A stretch of 60,544 bases of DNA, counting the filler, from Gonapodya sp. JEL0774 (taxonomy: Eukaryota), in NCBI GenBank assembly GCA_027604505.1. It is 10 parts of 10 records of this genome, joined end to end, with 100 filler letters (N's around TTAATTAATTAA, not from the genome) between each part and the next. Parts side by side here need not be neighbours in the genome. Positions count along the whole stretch, not along the records: positions 48,602 to 54,531 come from JADIIX010000649.1; positions 54,632 to 60,544 come from JADIIX010000650.1; 8 more parts are not named here. One strand, given 5' to 3'. Position 1 is the first letter of the stretch. Each line of letters starts with the position of its first letter. Positions 48,602 to 60,544 of the stretch are shown in pieces. The notes beneath the pieces were generated by a model. That model saw only the letters and a program-made list of their open reading frames with translations. It ran no database searches and had not been told where the DNA came from. Position numbers and translations under genes: made by a program.

Positions 48602-49677
48602 TATATGTCGACATCATACCTGTTGACGATGCGAGAGAGGATGAGCGTGTCAGAGAAGCTGTGGAGGGCGCAATGATGTTTTCCGTGGGTGAGGGTGTTC
48701 GGGGAAAAGGGGGTGGTTGTGGCAGAGAATACGAACTCCCGGTTGCAGTGATGTCGTCACCGTTCTTAGCTGGAGTATCAACGGGCATGGACGAAGGAGG
48801 AGTTGATGAGCGGCGCGGGTACACTGCAGAAAGCATTCCGCGGGTTCCAAACGTCGAGTTGGGTTTGGACTGAAGCCGCTCGGGAGTAACTGCTTGCGCT
48901 GACTTTATTGCAGATATCGAATTTGATGTGCTGGAGCGGATCCCCGGTTCCGCGTCAAGTGTATCCACAAGAACAGCGTCCGAGTCTTCGTCACCAGAGG
49001 TTACTTCATTCGGAGGTGAATGATCCGTGTCAGGTGTGGTTGCATTCGAGCTTGATTCGGAGGTGGTGCTCGAAGACGGTCTCCGAGTGCGCATCTTTTT
49101 AGAACTGCTTCCGGTAGCACTGCCGCCAGATTTCTTCCGGGATTTTGGCTGAGAGCGTCGGGCGCGGCTTGCGGCTAGTCTCGCCTTTGGTCTTGGCTGA
49201 TAATGATATGCAGGAAAGAGCTCTGCATGTACTCTGGCTTCTTCCTTGGCCTTGGCGCGGTATTCTTCCTTGGCTGCGTCACTCAACTCGTCCCATTGCT
49301 TCTTGACGAGCTTTGAAATTTCCTGAGAGGTGATGGTGAGTCCTTGGCTTGCGGCGTCCGCCTTGACTTTGGGGCTCATCTCACTCCGAAATATGAAGAA
49401 GCAGTTTCGAGGACGAGGAACGTGGTCGGCGGGGCGCTGGTGTACGCGAAGGGTCCAAAGTGGGGACGGTGAAGCGCAGAAAGAGAATAGGATTGAAAGG
49501 ATGTAGAGGAAGCGAGGTTTCAATCACCAGAGACCACGGATATCTCAAACGTACCCGACGGTTGTGATGCTGATTCCAGCGTTGCTGCCCGTTGGTACTC
49601 GTCGAAGAAGAGGATTCATCGAGCTGACTCGTGCGAGCAGTTGCGACAATGTGATCATCCGCATGTTCATGATCCAT
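48602..49677 (-). CDS. Sequence-specific HMG-box transcription factor (SOX/MATA_HMG type); 3' end cut by the contig edge
   Basis: HVPRPRNCFFIFRSE...EISKLVKKQW..LS...KEEY...H..LFPAYHYQPR. The start at 49677 assumes an intron. Confidence 0.85.
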
Positions 49678-50444
49678 TGCTATGCAGGGTTTCCGGCGGG
49701 GACAGCCGCGAAAGCCCAACGGATAATACGTTTTGATGGAACGAATATGTGAGCTTTGAACTCGTCGGGTTCCGCTTCCCATTGCGAAGGGGAACAATGG
49801 GTGAATCCACAGACGACAAAAACATGTCGATCCGGGCGCCCACACGGCCAAGCAAGGAGAAATCGGAGTGACTGAACAGACTGTTAGAGAGACGCCGAGG
49901 CGATTCGCCAAAAGTACCGGTAATCATAGTTCCAATCAGTGTTTCTCCCCACGGACCGAGTCGAAGTGGTTTGCCGTCGGCAACGACAAAAGTCCACGAA
50001 CACGATAGTAAGGACAAGTCATGAGCCGTAGCTTTGCGTGGCATAGCATGATAATAGCCAGTTGGATCCTGGTTTGGCACGCACGATCCACCCGCCAAGT
50101 GTACCCCACTCGGCATTACCTGAAACCTTCGGATTGTCGAGGTTCAAACCTTTGATTCGTTCGATTATCGTCGTTTCTCGTTTCGATCTACCCGAATCAG
50201 GCTGGCTTCATAGAAGAACTCTTTGGTCCGTACGTTTCCGTGCCCGATCAGCTCAAACTATCTTGATGTTCCGCCAGGTGCCGCCCATCATCTCGACCGC
50301 AGATTCGTTCTCCATGTTACAATCCTACGTCATACCACCATCTTGAGCGCTTGAATCACCAAGATATTTCCATTTCCTCTTCTTTCATTGCTCTCCTGAC
50401 CGCTGGAACCGGTAACCATCATTCCCACAATCCCGCGCGCATCT

Positions 50445-50989
50445 ATGGCTGACGGCCTTGCCAGACTTCCCCCCGAAACAATGGAGGCGATCTCCTCTCA
50501 GTTCCTCCAACGCCCTCTTACCCTCGAGCGCCTCCGTGGCTGGGTTCGGTTCTCTCGCACCAATCGCACTATTCACACCCTCCTCACAACTACCCCATCA
50601 TTCTCGATAACCGCTCGACTCACTACCCGAAATCGCATGCCCTTCACGGTTGCAGCTATGATTGCGAGATCCCGAGGAATATCTGAAGTCACGTACTGGA
50701 ATTTCTCTGTAGATTGCGTATTACTCTTGCCGGGAAACTGCTATGTACCGCTCTCACAATTCTCCGACTGTATGGAATCCCCGAATGCCACTTCGCAGAG
50801 TTGGGTTTGCGTCCTTTTCCCGGCAACGCCGACCTCTACTGGATGGATCTCGCACGATTACTGCCTCTGGACGTTCACAAAGATGAACGAATTGTCACAG
50901 TTCACGCTGTGCAAAGAATCATGAAGTCTATCGCGCCCCAAAACGGTTGTAATGCGTTTGCAGCTCATGTTCCCGTGCGATTGACATGA
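50445..50989 (+). CDS. Small hypothetical protein with an F-box-like N-terminus
   Basis: LARLPPETMEAI...FSRTNR resembles an F-box start. The second exon frame is uncertain. Confidence 0.3.
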
Positions 50990-51295
50990 ATGCACCGTGA
51001 AAGACAAGTGCACACGCAGAGCCGATTCCTGTCGGACATCGGTGTAGGCAACATGTAAGTCAGACAAAACAATCAGTCACTTGTACTGACTGCCAGCGAC
51101 ACGCAGACACCCCGTGAGTACGCAGGCTTGCCTATCACAGATTAACACAATTCCATACTCTACAAGGGCTAATCGGCATCACAATCTCCACAGTAAAAAG
51201 CTGTGCAAGAACGTAGTGTGATGAACTACTAGTAAGCATCCTCTACCCAGCACCGGCTCGACCCTTCCATCAAATGAAAAGTGAATGCAAACGAC

Positions 51296-54200
51296 TCATG
51301 AGCTGCTCGATTCACCATTCTTGGTAATGTCATCTTGGCCCTCCTTCATCTCCGTTCCGGTTCTAAACTGAGAGAAGTCCGCCCAATTGTCCTGCGCCGC
51401 CACACCTGATCCATAACCAAACGTAGCGCCGTCATCGTGCGTCGGTGAGCCCGAAGGAGACGTGATGGGCGTCCTGCCCGTCGATACGTCCAGTGGTGTA
51501 GCACCAGGGAAGGCGGATGAGAAGTCCGCCACCCAGGCGTCCCCAGACGTGAAGCTTGACGCAAAAGACGCCGGTTTCTCCGAGGTCAAAATTGTAGGAC
51601 CCAGCCCTGACGAAGCCAAGCTTTGAAAACCCGAATCACTGTCGAAAGCAGGGACTGCCAAACTCTTTTCCTGGTTTGTCGGCGGTGGGGCGGAGTCGAG
51701 ATCATCCTCATCGTCCCCAGCTTCGTCCCCTTCCTCTTCGTCGACGGCGGCTTGAACGTTCCGTAGAGGAGAGGTGCGGCGGCGACCGACTGTACCACTC
51801 GAAGAGTCCTCCGGATCCTAGAGAATGAAAGCAACAGCGAACATGAAATAAACTTGTCGTCGATTTTATGATAGGTAAAACAACTTGACTCACCTCATCC
51901 AAAAAACTCGCCGACCGTACGGACGCTGTCCCAGTGCTAAGATTATCCGCCGAGACCAGCTTGAAGCCATCCTCCATTCCAAGTCCTCCCGCGCCGGCCA
52001 CCGCAGCTGCATCCACCTCTTCCAATTCGTTTGCAAGCCAATCTCTCGATTTCCACACCTTCTTGCCACCCATTTCCGCTCCGGCCAGCGGCTGCGGATC
52101 CAATGGAGGAACTTTTGCAGTTCCCATGGCTTGTTCATCAGATTCTCCCTCACTATCACTGTTCTCAATCTGGGGCGGCAACGGGTCTTGCTCATCCGAG
52201 TTCGAATCTGAATCCCAGTCGGTGGAGTTCTGCTCGGTGCCTGCGGCCGTCATAGACGACATGATGGCGTCAGTTGGGAGGTCGGCAACCATCCTATGGA
52301 CTAAATAGCGGGCAAACTAACCGACGAATAAGTGGTCAGGTTGTGACCCAGTCCGTTCAGCTATTTGAAATGAAAATGTCACTTGGTTTACTGACCTGAT
52401 CCGCACCACTTCCCTCTCCAAAACCACTCCCTCCGTCCTCCTCCTCTCCGCCCTCTTTAGTCCCTGGAACACCATGGTGCGTCCCCACATCTGCCTCCTC
52501 CAGCGCTTCCGCATCATCCAAGTGGAGACCCATAGCAGGTGCAGAGGGGCGAGCGCCACCCAGCGGTGTGCGGTCTCGTTGGTGGGTCTCAGAGAGAGTC
52601 AAAGAAGTGAAAGACAGCCAGGCATCGGATTTAAATGGTGCTGAATGCAGAAACGACACAAGATTGCAGGTTGAGCACCCGTGAAAAATGCACATAAGAC
52701 TCACATCCACACTCTTCTTCCAAATCCGCAGCACATCTATCCCAAAGCTTCACCACCTCGTCGGCAACGTGTGTCAGGTGGCCCATATAGCCAAGGCGGG
52801 CGCCTCGGGGTTGCGCTCTGTTCAAGGTTGAGGGTAAGGGCTTACTACGATACTAGAAAACAGGCACCCGCAAGACAGCCATACTCACACAACCCACTCG
52901 TTCCACCTTGTCGCCTCCACGATTCGTTCCACAACACGCCCACCTTTAAGGACTTGCACCACCAAGCCCCTGACGGCTCGCTTGAGCTCCTCTAGCCTGA
53001 ACCTTACGGGTCCTTGGGTCACGGATGTGGGAGAATCGGGAGACGCAGTTGTTTGTGAAGGAAGCGATGAGAGGAAGGTGTAAGCGTTAAAAATTTTCGC
53101 TACCATGTCATAGACCACTGAGTGGAGGAGGTTGTTCCACGGATGGGAGAAGAGGAGTCTCTGTGGAGCAACACAATTATTGGAGCTGCTTCCATGCGTT
53201 AGAGCCCGAGAGTTCTGGCCGTCAACCCACCACACAGTCTGCCACCACCCCTTCTCTTCCGATGCCCTCTAGCACCCCCACAAGTGCGTCACCGACCGTC
53301 CTACCCTCTACCGCGGCCTCCGAGCCGGGAATGACCAAGAAGTCACTAGCAGGGAGCAGACGCCAAGTGCCAAGCGCATCCCAGAGGGGCGATGATGTAA
53401 GCAGGTACGACTAGTGAAGAAGTAAAAGCCCAAAAATGAAAGGGGAAAGAAATTTGTGACAGAGCGGTGAACTTACCAAGTGCAGTACCTCAGCCACCAG
53501 CTCGCAGCAGCGAAGCTTTGGTGCTCCGAGTGGTTTGCTGGCAATAAGCTTCGGTAACTCGCCCGCTGGGTGGGGTGGAAGTGGGACTGGAGGAATAGGA
53601 GCCTGGAACGTGTCCAAGTTATGTGTCAGTGGTCCATTGCCTGCTCTAAGCGCACTCACTTCAACTCCCAGTGGGCCCGCGAGCACTTTGCTCTCCACTG
53701 CATCCCCGAAGTCACCGTCTGGCCATCCTTCTCGCACCACAGTCGCAATCCCCTGCACCCTTCCTTCAACAACAGCCACAACACTGCCCACTTCACCGGC
53801 AAGTCTTTCAATCTTGTCTTGATCAATGCCGGGCAAACCACCGGTCAAGCCTCCTCCGATGTACCCCGGTGTTCCCAACAGGGCGGCAGGGATTGGCGGA
53901 CCTGCAACATAACCCGAGGCAGGACGAATAGAGAGCGCGCCCTCTGCGGCTTCGATATCACAAGAGTGGCGGCGTAGAAGCTCCACGAGGATGGAAGTGG
54001 AGGCAGTCAGTGCAGTGTGGCGCCTCGGAGAAGAAGATGGAGGAGAGGATGAGGGCAGCATGTAGCCCGTCAGCTCCCATAATGCTTTCGCAGTTTTCAC
54101 CGGCCTGGCGAGGGAGTTCCCCCCAAACACAGTTCTCCCCGCCTGTTGCACCGCGGCAGGGAACTCCCCACCCTCTTCAGGAACCATGGTGGGAGGATCC

Positions 54201-54531
54201 GACGCGGATGGCTGGTAACAAGTGGCAATAGTGTCGAGGAGTAGGGACGCAGCTGCAAGATGGACGGAAGGAGAATTGGATGGCGAGAGAAGGGAAATAA
54301 GGTTTGGGAGGAGGGCGAGGCTAGTTAGATGGGCTGATAGAAGTGTGGATATCGGGGGCGCGGCAGGTGGTGGCCGAGCCAGCGTTGGAAGAGAGGATGA
54401 GGAGGTGTCGACAGGGCGAATGGAGGTGGTGGATCCCGTATGCCCATCAGAAAGCGAAGATGACGTCGCCTGGGAATTGTCCGCAGCTTCAGCAACAATA
54501 CGAAGAAGCAGATCAGCGCAAGGGCTCAGAG
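51296..54531 (-). CDS. SIT4/PP6 phosphatase-associated protein (SAPS family); 5' end cut by the contig end
   Basis: PLGAPKLRCCELVAEVLH, FSHPWNNLLHSVVYD, RLGYMGHLTHVADEVVK, W..F....L.ET..RD..PLGG.RP and an acidic tail. Confidence 0.9.
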
Positions 54532-54631
54532 NNNNNNNNNNNNNNNNNNNNNNNNNNNNNNNNNNNNNNNNNNNNTTAATTAATTAANNNNNNNNNNNNN
54601 NNNNNNNNNNNNNNNNNNNNNNNNNNNNNNN
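54532..54631. other. Artificial contig spacer
   Basis: N44-TTAATTAATTAA-N44. Confidence 0.99.
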
Positions 54632-55335
54632 ACGGCGCGGGACTCTTCTTGGAAGCTGTTCGCGAATCGTTTGGACAAGGCAGCGTTGATAGAAGATCTT
54701 GAGTTTGTTTGAAGCCATTCCAAGATGCGCAAGAATGTTGCTAGTCCGTTCTGTTGATGGTTGCAGTGGAGAGCCAGCAGCTCGCACTTGAAGCCGGCCA
54801 AACGAGCGCAGTTCCTTTTTCGAGGGAGGAGTTTCAACGCTCTGGCACATCTTTGGAGATGGGGTTTGCCGGACAACTCCCCGTGGTCGGATACAGCGTC
54901 TTCAGCGAACAAGAGACGGGAAAAGACGACGTCAAAGTTGAGGTCCTCGTGCGCCGAGTCCGATCCTGTCGAGCTTATCGGAACGCAAGTGTACATGATT
55001 GCGCGACGACCCAAGTAGCCGGGAGCCTCGAGTCTCCAGCCTGAGTCTGAGAGAAACGAGGTCAAGGACTGGTCCAAGAGGTTTCGAAAGGCTTGGCGCT
55101 CGTTTCTTGAGAGGGGATTCGGATTGTCCACGCGGAAATCGATGTCTGAACCATGCAAATTGGTGTTGTTTTTGAGAGAACCGGCGATATGGACAGGGCT
55201 TGAGATACCGACGACGGACTGAATGGCGAGTCTGAGAAGGAGCGGGTTGAGAGGGGGTGGCGGTGGAATGTGGTCGTCGATCCATCGATCAAAAAGGGGA
55301 GAAACAGCGGAGACAACAGTGGGATTCGAACTCAT
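54632..55335 (-). CDS. Pol-beta-superfamily nucleotidyltransferase, OAS/CD-NTase(SMODS)-like; 3' end cut by the contig edge
   Basis: HIAGSLKNNTNLHGSDIDF (hGS..T.h..SDhD), third Asp in NFDVV, helical lobe ARALK and GFKCELL. No intron in about 235 codons. ATG could also be at 55377 or 55455. Confidence 0.75.
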
Positions 55336-55847
55336 GCCCTGGATCAGAGAACTTGAACGGGTTGAATGGACTTTCATCAGGTGCACTGGCGATAGGGAGT
55401 GGGATGGCTGTGGCCTTGCTATGGTCGGCGGACTGCCACAAGCGCACTCACACATGCACTGCGAGTCGAGGCAGTAGCTCAGAAAAAAGCAGAGAAAGAA
55501 GCAGCAGATAGGACCTTGAACCTGACGTCATACACCGTGGGAAGCGGTGAGTCAGTGATACTGGTGCGGTAGTAAGTCAGTGGAAAGGTGAAGCTACAGA
55601 ATAACTGAAGTAATGTATTGTAGCGTCAACGAGCAAGTTTATTATGTAACTAGTGAATGCACGTGTCTCACATGCAACGGGAAGGGATTTTTGCTCAACT
55701 GTAACAAAAGTGCAAGTTGTGCATTGAAAGCTCAAATCGGTTTCGTTCTTCGAATTCCTTTGTCGGTGAAATTTGTCGGCATTATTCCGATTCTCTATAA
55801 ATGTCAGGACCATCATATCGCGTGCATATGTGCAGGCCTGGTCCTCC

Positions 55848-58800
55848 TCACGCAAACCCCTTCTTCACCCGTTCCACATCCCCCAGTGTCACCGCAGTCC
55901 CGTTTAAATCACCCCTTGCCACCATCTTTTCGAGTTCGCCGAGGACGTATTTCAAATCTGGTTGGGAAGAAAATCCAAAACAGGGTAAGCCAAGGAATGC
56001 ATGAAACATGCACCCGACACGGGGACCCTCGACCCCAGGGCGCCCTCACCTGCCGCGTCTTTCTTCCCCAAAAACGTGACCATCAACTTCACCCGCTTGA
56101 GACCCACGAGCTCGTCGAATACGCTGAAGATGGCGGAGAACGTACGCGTCCCGTTCTCATCTGTCGAAATTGAACGGAGGTTTAACTTTTTGCGCTACAA
56201 CTCGCAGTTCGTATCACCAGCGCATCCCCCGTCACACCCCCACCACACTACCCGCCACACTCACCCTGCGCACACCCGTGACCCTGTGCCCCTCTCACAC
56301 CCTCTGCCGCCGCCCTCACAACACTCGCAAACACCTCGTCAGGTCTCTTACCTCCTTCGACCATCTTTTTCACCGTTCCCTTCGGCGTGGTGCGCACCGC
56401 GTCGTGCAGGTAGGTGAGCCACGCGCCGGGGTTCGGAGGTCCAGACAGCATGGCGAGCTTGTGGGCAGCTTCGAAGTTGGCAAGGGAGGTGGGGGGCGGG
56501 AGGGAGGGGAAAGGTGGAGCTTCACCGACTTCGATGTTGGTGTACGCCTCAGCACCAGTGGGCGGCGGCGGTGTCTCTGCGCCGGACTCGCTTGGTATCG
56601 ACTGAGTCCGTGGTGCAGATTCAGACGTCTTGGCGTCAATTTTTGGTTCGAGCGTTTGGAGACCACCGTTGGCCGTTCCACCTTCCTCATCCGGTGCGGT
56701 GACCCCAATTTTGATCTCACATCCACCGCCTGCCGTCTGCACGTCCACGGTTGAATCCATCTCACCAAGAACGTAGTGAACGGCATTCAAGAATCCATCA
56801 CCTGACTCCGGAACAGTGCCTTCAGCTTGATCTGCTGCACCCACTTTTCCTTCCTCACTCGCCACACTCTCGATGTCCATCTCTTCATCCTCCTCAGTCA
56901 CCGTGTCACTCAAGTCATCTCGAACCACTTTCGTCGCCCATCGATCGTCCTTCCCCCGCGACGATTGCACCCCGTTGTTGTCATCGGGGGTTGCGAGCCA
57001 CCTGTGATACGCTGAAACGGGTTTCGTTTCAGGTTGCGGCTCAGATGGTGGGTCTCCTCTCACTTCCATCCCGTTGGTGACATCGGGAGAAGGAGATTTG
57101 CTTTTTTCTTCCTCGACGTGGGTGACGCTCAAGCACCCATCAGCGTTTTTGCCCTCACAGTCCTCTTCCACGACTCCGTCCACTTCAACCATCTCCAGAG
57201 CCGCCAACGTCGCCAATAAGCTCGCTTCGTCAAGCTCGGAGGACGGAACGGACTCGTCAACGACGTGGAGATCCGGCGATTCCAGCACGAGATCGAAACC
57301 TTCTTGATCGTGGGCACAGCTGTCGTCAGATACTGCCGAGGCGTTTTCCGTCGCAATAACATTAACAGTATCGATTTCAGTTGGGTAGGTTGTGTCGTGT
57401 GCATGATGTGGATCCTCAGGCGGTGCCTGCATAACAGGGCCTTCCGTGTCTTTGAGGACGCTTCCGCCGGTTTCCCCCACCGGGCGCGTGTCGTGACCTT
57501 CATTTGAATCCTCCTTGACGTCACCGTCATCCCCTCCATCCACTTCTTCAATGATCATTCTTCTTTTCGGAGCAATCTGTGGCTGCACGGCCTGAACTGG
57601 TGCGGGGGAACCTCGTACGGTGTTGGGATCGCCTTCAATTTCCAATTCTTTAGTGCGAGCATCCACAAGAAGACGACGGGCTTCGCGAGAAGAAGGGTCC
57701 AAGGCAGTACATCTTGTGGATTGAACGGAGACAGATATCAACGATATTCAACTCCCCTACACTCCAAAAGCGTCTCCTCAACTCACTCTTCAAAGTCCCT
57801 TCTGGCCATTCCATATCTCCCTCTCGCCAACTTCGCTCGTCCTCTCCTCAACAAGGCCTTGAACTTGAGCCCCGAATTTTCAACCGGTTCGGAATTCATT
57901 CGAAGCAACGCGGCGTCGCAATCTTCTTCTGCTTCGGCGAATCGGTCAAGGCGAAGGAAAGCCAAAGCACGATTGGTAAGACCCGCGGTGGAGGGAAGGA
58001 GGTTCAGAGAGCGGGTGTAGTATGCCAGCTTGTGGGGGGAAATGATCCAACAGTGAGGTTCGTTCAGGAGTTGATTGTTCCACTTTCAACTCACTGCTTC
58101 TTCTACATCGCCTGCTTTGAAGGCTTCGTTTCCCTTGACTCTTTCCATGTCAGCCAGTCGGGTGACCTCCACCTCTGAAGCACCTGCTGGAGCTTTCACG
58201 TCCAGTGAGACCGGTGGTCGGCTTAACACTGGACGAGAAGATCCAGGAACTGCAAGCGACTTCGACTGCTTGTCAGAATTGAGAACTGGCACCACCGGGG
58301 TGGGCTCGGGGTGTATCTTTGGTTTCACGGGAGCATCCTCGCTTTGCTCATCGTCGAGCCTTGAGAGCTCTTCGTCAATGGATGCGGTATACTTATCCCA
58401 TGCGCGCCAATCAGTGGAGCGGATTTTGCTCGAAGGCCTTGCAGGCTTTTCGGACTGACTGAAATTGGACACTGGACTTTGGTTTCGCGTTTCGGAGGCC
58501 GAGGCATTTTTTTCCGTCCTGGGAGGCGGCGCATCTGACCGAGTGAGAATAGTCGGTACGCCGTTATTCAAGCAACCGGTGACAATGCGTTCGACGCGCT
58601 TGTTCTCGATGGGAGCGAGTGTTAAGGACGAGCCGGTTGGCGATATACCTTTCGAGGCAGCGGAGGATAGAAGAGAGGTCTCTTTCGTTCGAAGTTCTGA
58701 CAGCCATGACTAAGGAACCGAGATTACGGGAAGGTGAGGGCTTCAGCAAGGAGTGGAATAGCTTTAGAATGCAATGCTAATAAATCCACCCACTTCGAGT

Positions 58801-59340
58801 TCCCGTTCCGTCTCAGCGCGTGGCGGCAGTGGAACTACAGGGTCTGGTCTTATGTCGCAAGGTAGAGATTCAGAAAAAGCCAAGTTCAGAGACAGTGGTC
58901 GGTTTGGTTTCTCGATTCACCTGACTTTTGCCCGGGGATTCAGCGTTTCCAACCTGTCAAGAATAGCTTCTTCCAACTGAGGATAGCAGCCTTCTTTTCC
59001 AGATCTTTATCAATAATAGTGTCAAGATGGCAGGAAATACAGGGAAAGTGTTCCATCACCGTCAGATCCGTTGATGGCGGTCGCGAAGTACAATCCGCGC
59101 AACAGTACTTGCCTCAGAATGGCCAATATAACCTTCAGCTCCTTTGTGTCGTTGCATCCTGCAACATACTTATAGTCGAAGTGCTCGATGACATAGTCTT
59201 TCGTGTCCGCAAGGGTTTCAAGATCCTCTAGAATGTTGTCCGTTCTAACAGGAGCGCCAACACCCGCTTTGGAAGGCGCCTCCGCCTCATCCAAGAGCCG
59301 TTGAAGATCTTGAATGTTTGGGGTTCCAGTTAGCTTCCAT
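55848..59340 (-). CDS. SPAG1: SPAG1-like dynein assembly co-chaperone (SPAG1 N-terminal motif, TPRs, RPAP3_C-like domain)
   Basis: IEHFDYKYVAGCNDTKELKVILAILR/SGKEGCYPQL, TPRs (KGNEAFKAGD, YYTRSL, NRALAFLRL, KALLRRG) and C-terminal PPPTSLANFE...LKRVKLMVTFL. Confidence 0.8.
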
Positions 59341-59871
59341 TTTAATGATTTGTGGTCAAAGTTTTGGGTAAATGGCGTTGGCGCCAGGAAGGTTGGAAAG
59401 AAACGAAACGCATCAGGCGTTTATCAAGGTTGACGTAGTTTCGTTATCAAAAATGTAGTGAAAAGGCCTTTAGGTAGGGATTCACCTACCATTTGGGAGA
59501 TTTGGAGTTTGTGGAAAAGGTGTTCATATGCATGATGAGCCTGCACCTGCAGATCCTCATGTGCTGTTACAAACCTGCATAAATCGCTGCTGCTAGTGTT
59601 TTAAAGCAGTGTCACTTGACAGAATCTTTTTTGAATTCTAGTGTACTTGACAGAGGAAATAGGTGGTAGGAAACGTGGTAAGGAAAGCCCGTTCAGGTCA
59701 ATCGCAATTACAGAATGTGCAAGCGAGTTCGTATGCACAGAGTACAAGCATTGCAGTGCAAAGTGTGCGGTTGTTATGAGGTTTTGTTTGGGGAAGTTTA
59801 TCCGGGCCTCACACTCCATTGCAGACACCGACAACAGGTTTTGTCCGTTTCAAGTGGGGAGTGCGCTCCTG

Positions 59872-60544
59872 ATGCGACAGTGGACAAGCCTTCGGGCACC
59901 TTCTCGGGAAGTGGGTGGCTCTGCGCAGCTGGAGGAGCTCATAACGATTTCGGAGGATGAGATCAGACTAGCACGGGTATGCGAACTGCGTTACTCTAGA
60001 AAATTGATTGATACCACAACCTTTCCTCCTGTTTGAAGATGGGCTATCGCCAGCGTGAGTGAGAATCGAGCTTCCGTAATGGTGTCTCGATCTTCAATCT
60101 TGCGACCGTATTTTTCCACCTTCAACAGATTTCCGGCGGACGTTCACATGGATGTAAGTCACTTGCATCGCGGAACCTCGGACGCAGCATCATCGAGCAA
60201 TGCCTGGGATTGAATTTTCTTCCTCCAATCAACCCCCACATCAAGACATGCTCTCGGATTCTCGTTATCCCAGATGAGCGCGTTGATTTTCACTTCGATT
60301 TTTGGCTACGCAGTCAGTCGAGGTGGCCCAGCTGGGACAATATGGGGTTGGCTGATTGTCGGACTCCTCAATATGTGCGGTAAGTTTACTCGGATTTATG
60401 CGAGAGAGCTCTCAGAAGCGGAAACTCCACAAATTATTGAACTTACCCCAAAGTTGCACTCTCATTGGGTGAGTTATGCTCCGCATGGCCCACTGCCGGG
60501 GGTCTGTATTACTGGAGCGCAAAACTGGCCGGTCCCCAGTACGG
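59872..60544 (+). CDS. APC-superfamily amino acid (GABA/choline-type) permease, 5' part
   Basis: EDEIRLAR/MGYRQ/HFRRTF...GGPAGTIWGW...SLGELCSAWPTAGGLYYWSAKLA. Start is approximate. Confidence 0.88.

Noticed and set aside
6009..54631. Regularly spaced TTAATTAATTAA palindromes as a biological repeat or CRISPR-like array
   Set aside because: They are always embedded in identical N padding, so they are a synthetic six-frame-stop linker.

Overview
This window is not one locus. It is ten unrelated contigs joined by nine 100-nt artificial spacers (44 N + TTAATTAATTAA + 44 N). Contig lengths never increase along the window (6008, 6004, 6001, 5973, 5959, 5959, 5951, 5946, 5930, 5913 nt), as in a length-sorted assembly, so gene neighbourhood only means something within a contig. 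The DNA is intron-rich eukaryotic sequence. Fungal-type genes (APC and MCT transporters, SAPS, F-box, 7TM-RGS, MATA/SOX-type HMG) occur together with flagellar genes (CCDC113, SPAG1), which points to a zoosporic, chytrid-grade fungus (inference). I reconstructed spliced gene models by eye, so exon boundaries are approximate where noted. The top candidate for something new is an intronless OAS/CD-NTase-like nucleotidyltransferase (54632-55335, minus strand), a possible nucleotide second-messenger immune enzyme. Also notable are a tandem pair of secreted proteins built from an exon-encoded 10-Cys module, a spliced di-Cys/CRIB-like gene missed by the ORF track, a tail-anchored RlmN-type radical SAM enzyme, an Hv1 channel with an RxWKxxR S4, a 7TM-RGS, a non-RD TKL kinase with C-terminal hydrophobic segments and a membrane-anchored VIT-vWA protein. 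I saw no rRNA, tRNA, CRISPR array or clear transposon.
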